DNA of 63,858 bases, filler included, from Octopus bimaculoides (Eukaryota): assembly GCF_001194135.2 (NCBI RefSeq). It is 7 parts of 7 records of this genome, joined end to end, with 100 filler letters (N's around TTAATTAATTAA, not from the genome) between each part and the next. Parts side by side here need not be neighbours in the genome. Positions count along the whole stretch, not along the records: positions 24,991 to 43,320 come from NC_068989.1; 6 more parts are not named here. One strand, written 5' to 3'. The notes below the pieces were generated by a model. That model made no database searches. It saw only the letters and a list, made by a program, of their open reading frames with translations, and was not told the origin of the DNA. Made by a program: the position numbers and the translations under genes. How positions within the stretch are numbered: the stretch's first letter is position 1; every line of letters starts with the position of its first letter. Positions 25,804-39,144 of this stretch are shown piece by piece.

Positions 25804-26024
25804 AAGATGGCAATCTGGCAGAAACGTTAGCACGCCGGGCGAAATGCATAGCGGTATTTCGTCTGTCTTCACGATCCGAGTTGAAATTCCGCCGAGGTCG
25901 ACTTTGCTTTTCATCATTTCGGGGTCGATAAATCAAGTACCAGTTGCGTATTGGGATCAATGTGATCAAATAGTCACTCTCCCCCAAAATTTTAGGCCTT
26001 GTGCTTATAGTAGAAAGGAATATT
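25804..26024 (+). mobile_element. SINE family B, full length
   Basis: Head ctggcagaaacgttagcacgccgggcgaaatg, B-box-like gagttgaaattcc, body gaggtcgactttgcttttcatcatttcggggtcgataaatcaagtaccag, tail ggccttgtgcttatagtagaaagg. Confidence 0.88.
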
Positions 26025-26038
26025 ACACACACACACGC

Positions 26039-26072
<34 letters not shown>

Positions 26073-26099
26073 NNNNNNNNNNNNNNNNNNNNNNNNNNN

Positions 26100-26140
<41 letters not shown>

Positions 26141-26537
26141 GAGACAGAGCGAGAGAGGTCCTGGAGTCGATTAAAATATTTTCTACCTTATACACACACA
26201 CACACACACACATACACACGTATATACTCTACGTTCTGAAAGAGAAAGGAAGTGAGTGAGAGTCAGACAGACAGACAGACAGATAGATAGATAGATAGAT
26301 AGATAGATTGATAGCCAAACAGGAAGGTGAGAGGAGAGGAGCGGTCTGAGTAGATGCGGTAGGTGGATATGGTTGGGTAAATAAATAAATAGGTTTGATT
26401 TCGTTGGTGTATGGGTAGAAATATTGATAAGAAGGTAAGCTGTTTGATGAGCGAGAAATGTGAATGACCAGATTGATTGGGAGATGGATAAAATGTGGGA
26501 GGGAGAGAGAGAGAAAAAAAAATTTGAGATAAAAGCA

Positions 26538-26695
26538 TAGGCGCAGGAGTGGCTGCGTTGTGAGTAGCTTGCTCACCAACCACATGGTTCCGGGTTCAGT
26601 ACCACTGCATGGCACCTTGGGCAAGTGTCTTTTACTGGGGCTTTGGTCAGCCTTGTTACTGAATTTGGCAGACGGAAACTGAAAGAAGCCCGTCG

Positions 26696-26730
<35 letters not shown>

Positions 26731-26855
26731 GGGTGATAAATTGAATATTAATTTTTCTGGAGAACATGATTTTTCTTTGTGGTTGGGTCATTGATGACCT
26801 CTTTCTAGCATATGGGATGTCCACCTAGTGGTCATCCCTTATGCCCGTGTCATAC

Positions 26856-26912
<57 letters not shown>

Positions 26913-27100
26913 TCCCCTCAACATCGTTTGATAACCGATGCTGGTGTGTTTACGCCCCTATAATCTAGCGGTTCGGCAAAAGATAACCGATAGAATAAGT
27001 AGTAGGCTTACAAAGGATACGCCCTGGAGTCGATTTGGTCGACTAAAGGCGGTGCTCCAGCATGGCCACAGTCAAATGACTGAAACAAATAAAAGAATAA
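26538..27100 (+). mobile_element. SINE family A with ~130-bp foreign insert in its central microsatellite
   Basis: Head 26538-26698, tail 26897-27100, unrelated sequence at ~26720-26850. Confidence 0.85.
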
Positions 27101-27530
27101 TGGATGGATGGATGGATGGATGGATGGATGGATGGATGGATGGATGGAGTCCCAGAGATTCAAGAGAAAAAAAAATGTCTGAAATATGAGATATCAAATA
27201 TCTCAAAGAGGAAACATGACAAATAGTTAATGATTGATCCTTACTTCCGGTCGTCTGATAGCAATAAAGGGATAGGTCTCACTTTCCTTCCTATACACAC
27301 CCTGCTCATTAAAGCGGGCCCCTTATTGCAAAATGTCACTGCAGATCTACAGCAACGAGTCTTGGCCCCGTTTATATATATTATTTCCTTGATCTATTTG
27401 CATGCGTATGGCTGGATGGATAAAGTGGATGGAATATAATTGAGATAAATGTTTGTATCTCTATTACATGGTTATATATACATACATACATAAATTTATA
27501 AATATATATATATATAGATAGACAGATAGT

Positions 27531-27589
<59 letters not shown>

Positions 27590-27749
27590 GTATATACATA
27601 CATATATATGTACATATACACTGTTACATATATGTATATACACATATAATGTTACATATTATATGTGTGTGTATGTGTGTATACGTGTGTTTGTATTATG
27701 CATGTATGTGTATATATATATGTGTTGGTCCATTTTTTATACATATGCC

Positions 27750-27839
<90 letters not shown>

Positions 27840-28465
27840 TTGTGCATATACTTAAACATATACACAATAAACACATACAGACACACGCACGCGTGTGAGA
27901 GGTTTGTCGATGGTCGATGGGTGTATAAACGAAAAAGAATTTCAGTATTGTGTACACATACCAAAATATGTAGATTAATATTTCAAAGATATACCCTGAT
28001 TGCTGCTGCTGTGGTTGTTTTTAAACCCCAAATCCTCCATCTTTGATCTAGAAGCCTTATGATCAAAAGCATTCCAACGGTGACCTTTCAACCGTTTCTT
28101 TTTGTTTTTGTTTTGTTACCCCTATAGACAAGTGGACTTTTCAGTAGAGATTATGAAATGGATTTGACTAGTCTTTCTGGTTGGTCGAGCAACTGTCTAA
28201 AGCAAAGATTCTCAACCGGGGTCCACGTGACCTTTGGGGCTGGGGGNNNNNNNNNNNNGTCAATATAAAATTTTGCTATTAAAATGTGTACGATAAAAAC
28301 CTTATACGTTTACAATATACAAAATATTTTAATACAATTACAGGTTTACACTTGTACTTGTTTCAGTCATTTTGACTATGGCCACGCTGGGGCACCGCCT
28401 TTTAATCAAATAAATTGACCCCCGGACTTATTCTTTGTAAACCTGGTACTTATTGTTCTGGTACG

Positions 28466-28630
28466 TATCTGTCTTCACGTTCTGAGTTCAAATTCCGCCG
28501 AGGTCGACTTTGCCTTTCATCCTTTCGGGGTCGATAAATTAAGTACCAGTTACGTACTGGAGGTCGATTTAATTCACTGGACCCCTCCCCTAAAAATTCG
28601 GGCCTTGTACCTAGAGTAGAAAGGAATATC
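28466..28630 (+). mobile_element. SINE family B, 5'-truncated
   Basis: acgttctgagttcaaattccgccgaggtcgactttgcctttcatcctttcggggtcgataaattaagtaccag... Confidence 0.85.
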
Positions 28631-28789
28631 TGGTTCATGGTGTTTATGGTTTGTTAGCGATCATGGAGTCCTACTAAAGGGAAGTCTAGTAAGCCAGTAC
28701 TGAAGAGTTGTAAATGACTAGGAGCCTAGTAAATCAAACCTGGGACCTAATAAAGATAAAGGATTATTATACTTTCCAAGTCATATAGA

Positions 28790-29012
28790 CTCATAGGGCT
28801 GGGATCCCTGTTTCCATGGCGCATATATTCTCCTCGCTTCAGGATGGGTTGTCCATCTGTCACAAGGTTACTGATTTTTGCCAGATGAGCGGACTGAAGC
28901 GACGTGAAATAAAATGCTTTGCCTAAGAACACAACGCGTCGCCTGATCCAGGAATCGAAATCACAATCTTAGGATTATGAGTTCAACATCCTAGCCACTA
29001 AGCCACGCGCCT
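28790..29012 (-). mobile_element. tRNA-derived SINE family C
   Basis: Reverse complement of the 22302 head and body (ggaatcgaaatcacaatctta...ccactaagccacgcgcc). Confidence 0.82.
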
Positions 29013-29902
29013 TCTAGTAAATCATCTTTGACGCCTAGTAAACGAGTTCTAAAGGTTAGTAAGCCAACAGGCGAGGCTTTGCGAACGAACGCAGAAGCTT
29101 CATAAATATCCGCTTTTGGAAACGTGTTGCACCAAGCTCAAAGTGTTTGAAGAAGAAGTGAGAGACAGAGAGGGAGATAGAGAAGATGGAAGGACATTGA
29201 TGCGGCACGATTTAACGAAGCATTGATGCATGTATTTACATGTGTCAGAAGCACTCATGCATGCGTTTCATGTTGTTTCCCTCGGGGAAAACTCCAAGGT
29301 TTTGCTGGCTCACGTTACGTAAATACAGTTACGGTTGAGCAGCAACCTAGAGAGTAGTCGTGACACATTAACTGCTTTCACTTCTCGTTTAGATAGAAAA
29401 AAGGGGTTTGTCGGGGAAGCATTAGGGATCCGTTTACGAAAACAAATCAACGAATACTTTGAATGATTTAAAAGCGATTGGGAGTAAAAAAAATATTACG
29501 CTAACTTTTATCTTTTACTTGTTTCAATCGTTGGCCTGTGGCCATGCTGGGGTACTCATCTAGGAGGGTTTAGCAGAGCCAGTCGACCTCAGTACTTATT
29601 CCATCAGTCTCTTTTACCGAACCGCGAGGTTGCAGAAACAAAATCGGATAGTGATGGTAATGGTGGTGGTGAAGATAGTAGTGGTGATTGTCGTGGTACT
29701 GGTGGTGGTGATGGTGGTGGTAGTTGTGATGGGAGTGGTGGCGATCGTGGCGTATGGTGATAGTGATGGTGGTGATGATGATGGTGACGGTAGTGGTGGT
29801 GGTGGTGGTGGTAGTGGTGGTGGTGATGGTTTTGGTGGCAGTAGTGACCATCGCATATATGTTCAGACATAGTATATCTATCTTGGCCTAAATTATTCCG
29901 TG

Positions 29903-29940
<38 letters not shown>

Positions 29941-30037
29941 ATGTATGTATGTATGTATGTATGTATATGTATGCATGTGAGTGTTTATGTATATGTATGC
30001 ATGTGTGTATTTATGTATATGTCTTTGATAAATTTCG

Positions 30038-30291
30038 ATATAGTGGAACTCCGTCGGTTACGACGACGAGGGTTCCAGTTGATCCGATCAACGGAACAGT
30101 CTGCTCGTGAAATTAACGTGCAAGTGGCTGAGCACTCCACAGACACGTGTACCCTTAACGTAGTTCTCGGGAAAATTCAGCGTGACACAGAGTGTGACAA
30201 GAGTGGCCCTTTGAAATACAGGTACAACAGAAACAGGAAGAAAGAGTGAGAGAAAGCTGTGGTGAAAGAGTACAGCAGGGTTCGCATGCTA
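30038..30291 (-). mobile_element. 3' part of the same SINE family as 58439-58630 (5'-truncated)
   Basis: Shares aacaggaag.aagagtgagagaaa..tgtggtgaaagagta.agcagggttcgc with 58439-58493 and continues into a tail absent there. Confidence 0.8.
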
Positions 30292-30395
30292 CTAACCATA
30301 TAGCCACTTTTGTGTCTAAGTTTAATATAAATATATATACATTCATGCATACATACGAACACACAGACACATATGTATGTATGTATGTATGTATG

Positions 30396-30449
<54 letters not shown>

Positions 30450-32717
30450 GATACAGTCATATTGATATTCTTGTATACATATGCACATGATCGTGGGGCT
30501 GGAGTGAATCTAATACAACACGTGCTCGGTTGAATATTTGGGGAGGCGTTGATGGGACGCTTCGTTTGATTAGACCGGATGTGGGATGGGTTCTAAAGCG
30601 GAAGGAAGATCTCCCCTCTTCTCTTGTGTCACAGACACACGCGCGCGTGTTCATACACACACACACAAACAAATAAATCCATGCAGGTGACCTCGACAGT
30701 TTATCCTTGACCTTTTCATTTCCCAATCCACCTACGACCACCCGTCGACAAGACCTCCGACAACACAACGAAAGTCGCCATATGCTCCCCCTGCTTGTTT
30801 TTATTGAAAACATTAAAAGGAACGACAACATAAATATAACACAAAAATAAGGAGTCTTAATTTTTCCTTTTCTTTTTTCCCTTTTTTAAGTACGGTGCCC
30901 TCGGAGAACGGTGTGCTCGTGTAACCGGTCAAAGTGCATCAAAATAAAGGTGGTCTCGGAAACTACTTCTGACTCTCTGACTGCTGTCACTTTGTCTGTT
31001 TGTCTCCCCCCTCTCTCTCTCTCTCTCTCTCTTACAATATCCAAAGTGTCTGCGTTTTTAAGAAAGAAATGATATATCTGTTTTGTATTTTGTTTGCAAG
31101 ATTTTTTATGTAAACCCGTGAGTTGAAAGAGATGTTGTTTCACGAAGGTCCATTGTACTAATAATAAACACACGCACTGATTCGATTTCACTTCTTTATT
31201 ATCCGTCAATTGGTTAGCTATTCAACCAATTAACGAATCGATTTTTTAAAATTAATTTTTCGGTTAATTAACCAATTAACTGCGATTTTGTCAACATCCG
31301 TTCGTCGCCGAAGACATGTCATTGAAAAGGTCACGAATGGCGATGAAAAGACCTTGGCAAGCACGACTGGTTGAACGATTAACCGAATCAAGCAATCGAT
31401 TTCTATTAGGTAGAAATATACTAGAAAACAGAGCGATTTGGTCATGGATGAAGCGCCGTGCTTTTAACATAATATGTGTCAGATTGAAGCTGATCTTAAT
31501 GTAACACACCGCGTCGATAGTGTCAACCATGTTGAATGACACGTGATTAGTTGGATTGAGTTGAGAATAGTTTCTATCTGGTGGTGGTGGTAGTTGTAGT
31601 GATGTGGTGGTGGTGGTGTTAGGAATGATGATGGTGGTCATCATGGTGGTGATCGTAGTGTTGGTGACAGTGATGGTAATGGTGGTAGCTGTGGTAGCGA
31701 TGGTGGTGGTGGTGGTGGTGGTAGTGGTGGTGGTGGTGGTGGTGGTGGAAAGGCATCGTGCTAAAGATGAGCCCCGTATCCAAGGAGATATTTGTTCTTG
31801 GTTTGTAGCTTTTAAAGCTCCCTTTATTCCCAGAAGGATCCCCAACAAAGTAAACAGCTCATTCTTCATGCCAATTTGTCCCCACTTCTACAACAGCTGT
31901 TACACTTACCGGAGACATTGATAACCCACCTGTTGTTGACTCTGTCACTCCTCAGTCATCCTCCACTTGTAATAGTGGGAAATAATAACCAGTGGAGTAT
32001 CATAACTGAGCTAATTAATAATCATATGTCAGCATACTTAATTTTAACCCCACCCTCACATCAAGCGCATCCCGTCTATTATATGAATGTGAAATAAAAT
32101 AGCTATTTACAATGCCAGCTTTCCTTTTTTACATCAATCGACGCTAAATAATCTCATAAAATTAATATTCATATCTGCATTATAATAAACAAAGTTGTTT
32201 ATAAATTAGTTTGGAGTATGTAACCTTTAAAACAAGAAAGTAAATATTAGAAAACTCCTATAAATCCTAATCTTGATATATTTTTATCAAATGTGGTTTT
32301 CGATTTTATTTTATTATCAAAGATTTCAACTTCACGAATCAGTCACAAAAATAATTTTTATTCACTGAAACATTGTCATCCTACACCGTTCTGGAAATAT
32401 ATAAAACTTCCCCAAATATTTGCAACCTTAATTTGTACAGATATATCTGTAAAAGCATTTCTCCAAGTGCTAGCAAAATTATGTTGATTCCAGTGTTTTT
32501 TTTTATTTGTTGGGTGCTGTTGAAGACGGTAAACTGAGGACTTATACGCGGCTAATTTAACATAATACGATAGCTTCATAAATTCTAACGCTGTCTTTGA
32601 GTGACTGAGTACTATTAGACGAATAAACGACCCAAAGAAAAGTTAGAAATAACACATCAGACAAATTACACGAATTGGGGATCAAACGTATAGATTTCAA
32701 CTAGCGATTATTAGAAA

Positions 32718-32744
32718 ACCGCCCGGGGGCGGTCTTTCTGCTAG
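32718..32744 (+). mobile_element. Helitron-like 3' terminus (GC hairpin + CTAG)
   Basis: ACCGCCC-gg-GGGCGGT hairpin followed by ctttctgCTAG|T, same tttctgctagt ending as at 3790-3800. 5' end not identified. Confidence 0.5.
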
Positions 32745-33338
32745 TGTTTCACAAAGTTGCGTGATATTTACTGCATTTTCTGCTATTCTGTTACCGTTTA
32801 TCAAGTTCAAAATACAATGTGCGTGTGCGTGTGCGTGTATAAGTGCTTACATATATATTTGTGTACATATAAGTGTATATATAAATTCACACACATACAC
32901 AGATATATATTTGTATGCATATCAGTATATATATATATACATGCATGTGCGTATTTATGCATAAATCTCTCTTTTAATATATCTTGCATCTAGGGAGAGA
33001 GAGAGAGAGAGAGACAGAGAGAGAGAGACAGACAGACAGGCAGAGAAAGAGAGAGAGAGAGAGAAATACATGATATATACATTTATACATGCATGCACAC
33101 ACACACACACAGCGACAACAGCCGACGGTTTGAGGGTACCCATTGAACGAGAACGAAATGTGTCTTGTTTGCGATTCCATTGTTTCGCGTTATTGGCAAT
33201 GCCTGGACCAAAATAAGACATCAGTTTGCAGACAATCCTTCATGAAAAACAAAAACAAAAAAAACAAAAAAAAAACAAGACAAAAAAAAATGAAATTCTC
33301 TCCGTATATTCTATTTAATTTTGAAAATAAAATGTGTC

Positions 33339-33369
<31 letters not shown>

Positions 33370-33384
33370 GACGATTACGATATA

Positions 33385-33481
<97 letters not shown>

Positions 33482-33753
33482 CTCACGTTTCGTTCCATTG
33501 CACAATCGTTCTATATCGATAGCTACTCTTACATACATACATGCAGCTTACATAGATGCTCATATCTACATACACATACACATGTATGTATATGTATTTA
33601 TGTATGTATGTATGTATGTATGTATGTATGTATCTACCTATCTGTGTGTGTCTATATATATGCACATAACCACACGTAGACACACACAGACAGACACCCT
33701 CACGCATGGTCACATGTCCATATATATATATATATACATATATACGTGTGTAT

Positions 33754-33786
<33 letters not shown>

Positions 33787-34166
33787 CACACACACTCAGT
33801 CACAGACATACACACACACGCATAGACACAAACTCATACACACATATTCGAACAAACACACACACACGCGCGCGTTTGAAGTCAATTTATCAAGGCTGTT
33901 CCAATCTATGAGACTCGCCTTGGGCAGGATAAATTGGTTTAACTTAATCTAATGTTGCTAAGCTAAGGGAAGAAGCATTTCGCATAGGCAAATGTGTGTG
34001 TGTACACAAAAATACACACACACACACACACATATTGTTGTTAATGTTGCTATTGTTGTTTTTGATGTCTTTTGTTAGCTACTTCTCTCACCTGTGTTCC
34101 ATCTGCTCTTGTTAGCAGAGCTGTGCTATTTATCGCAATGTCTATCGCCGGATTCCTATAGTGTAT

Positions 34167-34206
<40 letters not shown>

Positions 34207-34325
34207 CTGTGTGTGTGTATGTGTGTGTGAGTGTGTGTGTACACGCGCAATATAGAAAGTTATCTTATCCAAATATACGCACCAACATACACACATAACA
34301 CGAACGCGTGCATGCACGCACACAC

Positions 34326-34377
<52 letters not shown>

Positions 34378-34467
34378 GGTTGTGCGTACTCACGCCCATA
34401 TTCATATACATATTCTTACAGAAACACGCATGCACACACAAACATACATACGTACATACATACATAC

Positions 34468-34533
<66 letters not shown>

Positions 34534-34541
34534 ACTCACTC

Positions 34542-34580
<39 letters not shown>

Positions 34581-34914
34581 GTTATATATATATATATGTA
34601 TCCCCCCTGTGGGCAATAAAGAAATATATATATATGTATATGTATATATATATAAGTCAGCTTACAGAAGGTTAACAGGTGTGGTACATATATGAGTGTG
34701 TGCACGCGCATGCGCATGTGTGCATTTCTGTCGTTAATGAATCCGATTCGTCTGTCAGAAGTATAAAAAGCCTGTAATGGTATCTTATGCAAAAAGGTAA
34801 AAAAAAGCTATCAGAAGAGGGGCGGGAATATAAAGGGAACGAATTGGTGTATATCTCTAAATGTATTTCTATCTGTACGTCTGTAAGAGAGAAAGAGAGA
34901 GTGTGTGTGTGGCT

Positions 34915-34971
<57 letters not shown>

Positions 34972-35136
34972 AGGGATAGTAATTTATTATAGAGAGAAAA
35001 AGTGAAAAGAGAGAGGATGGGATGGGGGGAAAAGTGAGGGAGAGAAGAAATGGAATCTTTAAGAACATCATACGATTGCAAACAATGTACGGTAACTTAT
35101 AACCGTGTTGTTCCAGGATGGATCAAATATTTATAG

Positions 35137-35343
35137 ATAGTCTCTGAGATTGCTAGAAATAGCAGCCAAATCTTCAAATTGTACTCTACTATCTTGAAAG
35201 AAAAGAGTCCAGTGTTGTCATGATTGCGTAATAGTCTCTGAGCCTGTTAGAAACAGCAGCCAATTCTCTGTCGAATTGTACTCTACAATCTTGAAAGAAA
35301 AGAGTCCGGTGCTGCCTTGATTGCATAATAGTCTCTGAGCCTA
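35137..35343 (+). repeat. ~95-bp tandem repeat, 2.2 units
   Basis: atagtctctgag...aattgtactctac.atcttgaaagaaaagagtcc.gtg...tgattgc.ta starts at 35137, 35231 and 35328. Confidence 0.85.
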
Positions 35344-35348
35344 TTTTA

Positions 35349-35531
35349 ATCTATGGACACCTCTGAAACCCCCCGCGGACAAAACCCTACTTGTGACTTT
35401 TTTTTTACCTGGATTCTGTAGAAGAATAACCAATTTATTGCAGATACATTTTAGCAGTAAAATTTGATATGGACCTCCAGGGGCCTTATGGACACCCAAG
35501 GGCCATATTGATCCCGGTTGAGAACCACTGT
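35349..35531 (-). mobile_element. hAT/Charlie-type MITE fragment
   Basis: Terminus ggttgagaaccactg (rc CAGTGGTTCTCAACC). Related termini at ~22640, ~22950-22970 and ~28205. Confidence 0.5.
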
Positions 35532-36287
35532 GCTGAACAATAGTAGTAGCAGCAGCAACACCAATTGTTATAAATATCTCGAATCTGCTTAATGGCACAT
35601 CGTGTCACTTGAAGCATTTTTATGATTTGACATTACAGTACCACCGACCGTCAATCGCGATGCAATACTGGTCGGTAACCTGCGCCATGTTTTGCCTCAT
35701 TGTTGTAGGTACTAATATAGTCGTTAACAGACTGGGGCGACCTGTTGTTCTCTTTGCTCTTAACCCTTTGCCCGTCCAGTGCACAACGTGTAATGCACAA
35801 GTCATATTTTCGGCACGTCCATATATGACGCACATTCCTAACTTTTGTTCAACGTCCAGAGAAACTGGAGACATATGAAAGGAAAGCCTTATGTTATTCA
35901 TAATGTATGAAACAAGGGATGACTACAAATCTGAAGACAAACATGGACCTTTGGGACAGACTTTTGAAAATGTTTTGGAAAGGCAAAAAGTTAACCTAGT
36001 GGAACATCTAGAATGTTACCGGTGGGGAACGGAAAGAGGGAGAGAAAGAGAGAGAGAAAGAGGGAGAGGGGGAATACTTTACCAGTAACCGATGGGTACT
36101 TACTGTAGCTGACTAAACTGAAGTAGCGGTGAAATGAAGTGCCTTCTTCAATTCCTGGACCCCACGTTACGGCGCCTTGGAATTGAACCTATGACATTAT
36201 GATCATGAAGCGAGCAAAAGGCGATGTGCCTTCATCCTTTGATTTAAAAAAATGTCGAAACAAAAAAAAAAAACTTTATGGCGTAGT

Positions 36288-36350
36288 GGTTAAGAGCGCG
36301 GGCTACTAACCCCAAAATTCCGAGTTCGATTCCTGGCAGGAACCTGAATG

Positions 36351-36386
<36 letters not shown>

Positions 36387-36438
36387 TCGAAAAATACTTT
36401 CGGAAAGAGAACCCAGGTTCGAAATTTCCCCAAGACAA
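36288..36438 (+). mobile_element. tRNA-derived SINE family D, truncated, with internal (AAT)n
   Basis: A box TGGCGTAGTGG, B box GAGTTCGATTCC, then (AAT)n and aacatcgaaaaatac...gagaacccaggttcgaaatttccccaagac. Confidence 0.75.
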
Positions 36439-37196
36439 CTTATCTATCTATCTATCTATCTGTCTGTCTGTCTATTTATCTATCTATCTCTCTATCTATC
36501 TATACACACATACATATATGTACATATATACAAACAAACAAATATACATAGATACATATGTATGTGCGTGCGTGCGTGCGTGCGCGCAAATATTTGTAAC
36601 TATGAGTATGCGCGTGCATATGTGCATATGTGCGTGTGTGTGGTTTTATCTTTATACATACAGAAAGAAGAGAAGGGCGGGGCGAGATCCGAGCATTCTC
36701 AGGTATTTAATAACTGCAGCCAACAGGTAGATGCGTCTATCTTCTGAGTTATAACATTATAATGAGGTATGTTTTATGACGTAGAATGATGAGCAGATTT
36801 ATGAGTTCCAACNNNNNNNNNNNNNNNNNNNNNNNNNNNNNNNNNNNNNNNNNNNNNNNNNNNNNNNNNNNNNNNNNNNNNNNNNNNNNNNNNNNNNNNN
36901 NNNNNNNNNNNNNNNNNNNNNNNNNNNNNNNNNNNNNNNNNNNNNNNNNNNNNNNNNNNNNNNNNNNNNNNNNNNNNNNNNNNNNNNNNNNNNNNNNNNN
37001 NNNNNNNNNNNNNNNNNNNNNNNNNNNNNNNNNNNNNNNNNNNNNNNNNNNNNNNNNNNNNNNNNNNNNNNNNNNNNNNNNNNNNNNNNNNNNNNNNNNN
37101 NNNNNNNNNNNNNNNNNNNNNNNNNNNNNNNNNNNNNNNNNNNNNNNNNNNNNNNNNNNNNNNNNNNNNNNNNNNNNNNNNNNNNNNNNNNNNNNN

Positions 37197-37240
<44 letters not shown>

Positions 37241-38100
37241 GTAGATATTCTCGTTTCTCGGAAATCACTCATTCCGTTGGGATATTTTGTTTTTAGTTTT
37301 CTGTAATTTCGTTGTGTTGTTTTTAGGATTTGCTCGTGCGCAGGTATGTTACCTTCACTCGTTTGTACAAGTGTTCATCGACTTACCACCCACGCTGACA
37401 CATACCTTCGTACCATCATGGAATTTTACATTGAGTGTTTTGCCTTTCATGACTATAGCCAGCAATACTATGCAACACAACAAAGATGTTAAGAACCAAG
37501 AAATGCCTGAGCTGGAAGCTTCTTAAAGTGAGGAAAGGCCTTGAGCAGAGCCAATCCTACTCTCTAAATAACGTATGTGTTTGCTCACAAACGAACTAAT
37601 CTACATCATTCGATGCAAAGGAAGTTACAGGTGTTAAATCTGTGTTTTCCTTCTCCTAAGGATATGCCTAAACAAAACTTAGGGGTCTCTCACTTCCAGC
37701 TGTTAGATGACCGTTGACTCAACTAAGTGTATCCCGCCTTTTGACTGGTTTTGTTTCCCGTCCTGCAGGGTGTCCAAAGAAACCCAGTCTCCTTACCAAA
37801 TAGGCTTGATATGGTCACTGATTAAGCGACCAGACTAATTGCACGACCATACGACACATTGTACGGGGTTACATGTTACCAGTTGCGCTAAGAGTCACCT
37901 GACATACACATATTTGTTCATGTATAGATATTTATGTACATATATACATGTGTGTGCGGGTCAGTTCTTATGTTTGGGCATGTACGTATATGTATATATA
38001 TAAATGTATCTTTATATACATATAAACATGCACACGTATATACATGTACACACTTATTACATATTATATATATATTCATATACATACGTATATTTTCAGC

Positions 38101-38190
<90 letters not shown>

Positions 38191-38224
38191 GCGCGTACTT
38201 TGATAGGTTTCGGCTACTATTGAC

Positions 38225-38400
38225 CCAATCCATGTCTGACTAAATACCACCACCTGGCGAGGTCATTCAATCCAGGAATCGGACAACATGGCCCACTCGA
38301 GTAGAAAGTTATCTGGGTGTAGGAGGTTTGTCCGGGATTTCTTGATGGAATTTTTCCAAAGACTTCTTGAACTTTATGGGGTTTGTATCTACTTTAATGT
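38225..38400 (-). mobile_element. Possible CR1/L2-group LINE 3' remnant
   Basis: Minus-strand KFKKSLEKFHQEIPDKPPTP resembles the FK..LD.FL..IPD.P C-terminal motif. Short and degenerate. Confidence 0.4.
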
Positions 38401-38489
38401 AAAGAATAAAAAGGTTAGAATAGTACAACAATCCACTATAGAACAAAAAATGGACTATATATCTGTTGTAATTTGGTTATCTATAGTCC

Positions 38490-38525
38490 GATGATATTTC
38501 GGAATTACAATTCCTTCTTCAGATC
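38490..38525 (-). ncRNA. Minimal type I hammerhead ribozyme motif, canonical core
   Basis: rc GAT-CTGAAGA-A-GGAAT-tgta-ATTCC-GAAAT-ATC-ATC: 3-bp stem I, 5-bp stem II, palindromic ATAT stem III, AUC triplet. Confidence 0.75.
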
Positions 38526-38711
38526 TTCTTAGCTGGAGTCTCTGTTTGGTACAATGTTAAAGAGTGCGGGTTCAATTGGAGTGAAATAATTGTGCCGTTA
38601 TTGTTGCTATGTGATGTGAGTGTGATTTATGGTGTGGGCGGATAGCATGTGCCCCACGTCCTGGGTATATCTTAAATGCGATGCCAACATCATTTGGGCA
38701 ATGCAGATGGA

Positions 38712-38776
<65 letters not shown>

Positions 38777-39144
38777 TTACATAAATATTTATGTATATAT
38801 ACATAAATGCACACACGGACACATACATACACACACATGTACACCCACATGATATATATATATGTGTGTGTGTGTTTGTGTGTGCATATGCACATACACT
38901 TGTCTGCTTATGCTCAAAACATCAAAGGCACTTCCATTTTTTTTTTTTCTCACTGAGCGCCAGATAAAAACATTTACACATTGTTATTCTCTCCTTTAAT
39001 TCTGAACTTCTGTCTGTCTGTCTGTCTGTCTGTCTGTATGTATGTATGTATGTATGTATGTATGTACGTATGTATGTATGTATGGCCTTGTGCCAAAATT
39101 TGAAATTATTATTATTACAGTTTTTTTTTATTATTGCTCTCATT

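Noticed and set aside
35620-35901. WTGK motif in a minus-strand ORF as a possible POLR3A upstream exon
   Set aside because: Wrong strand, and flanking residues do not match RPC1 LWTGKQIFS.
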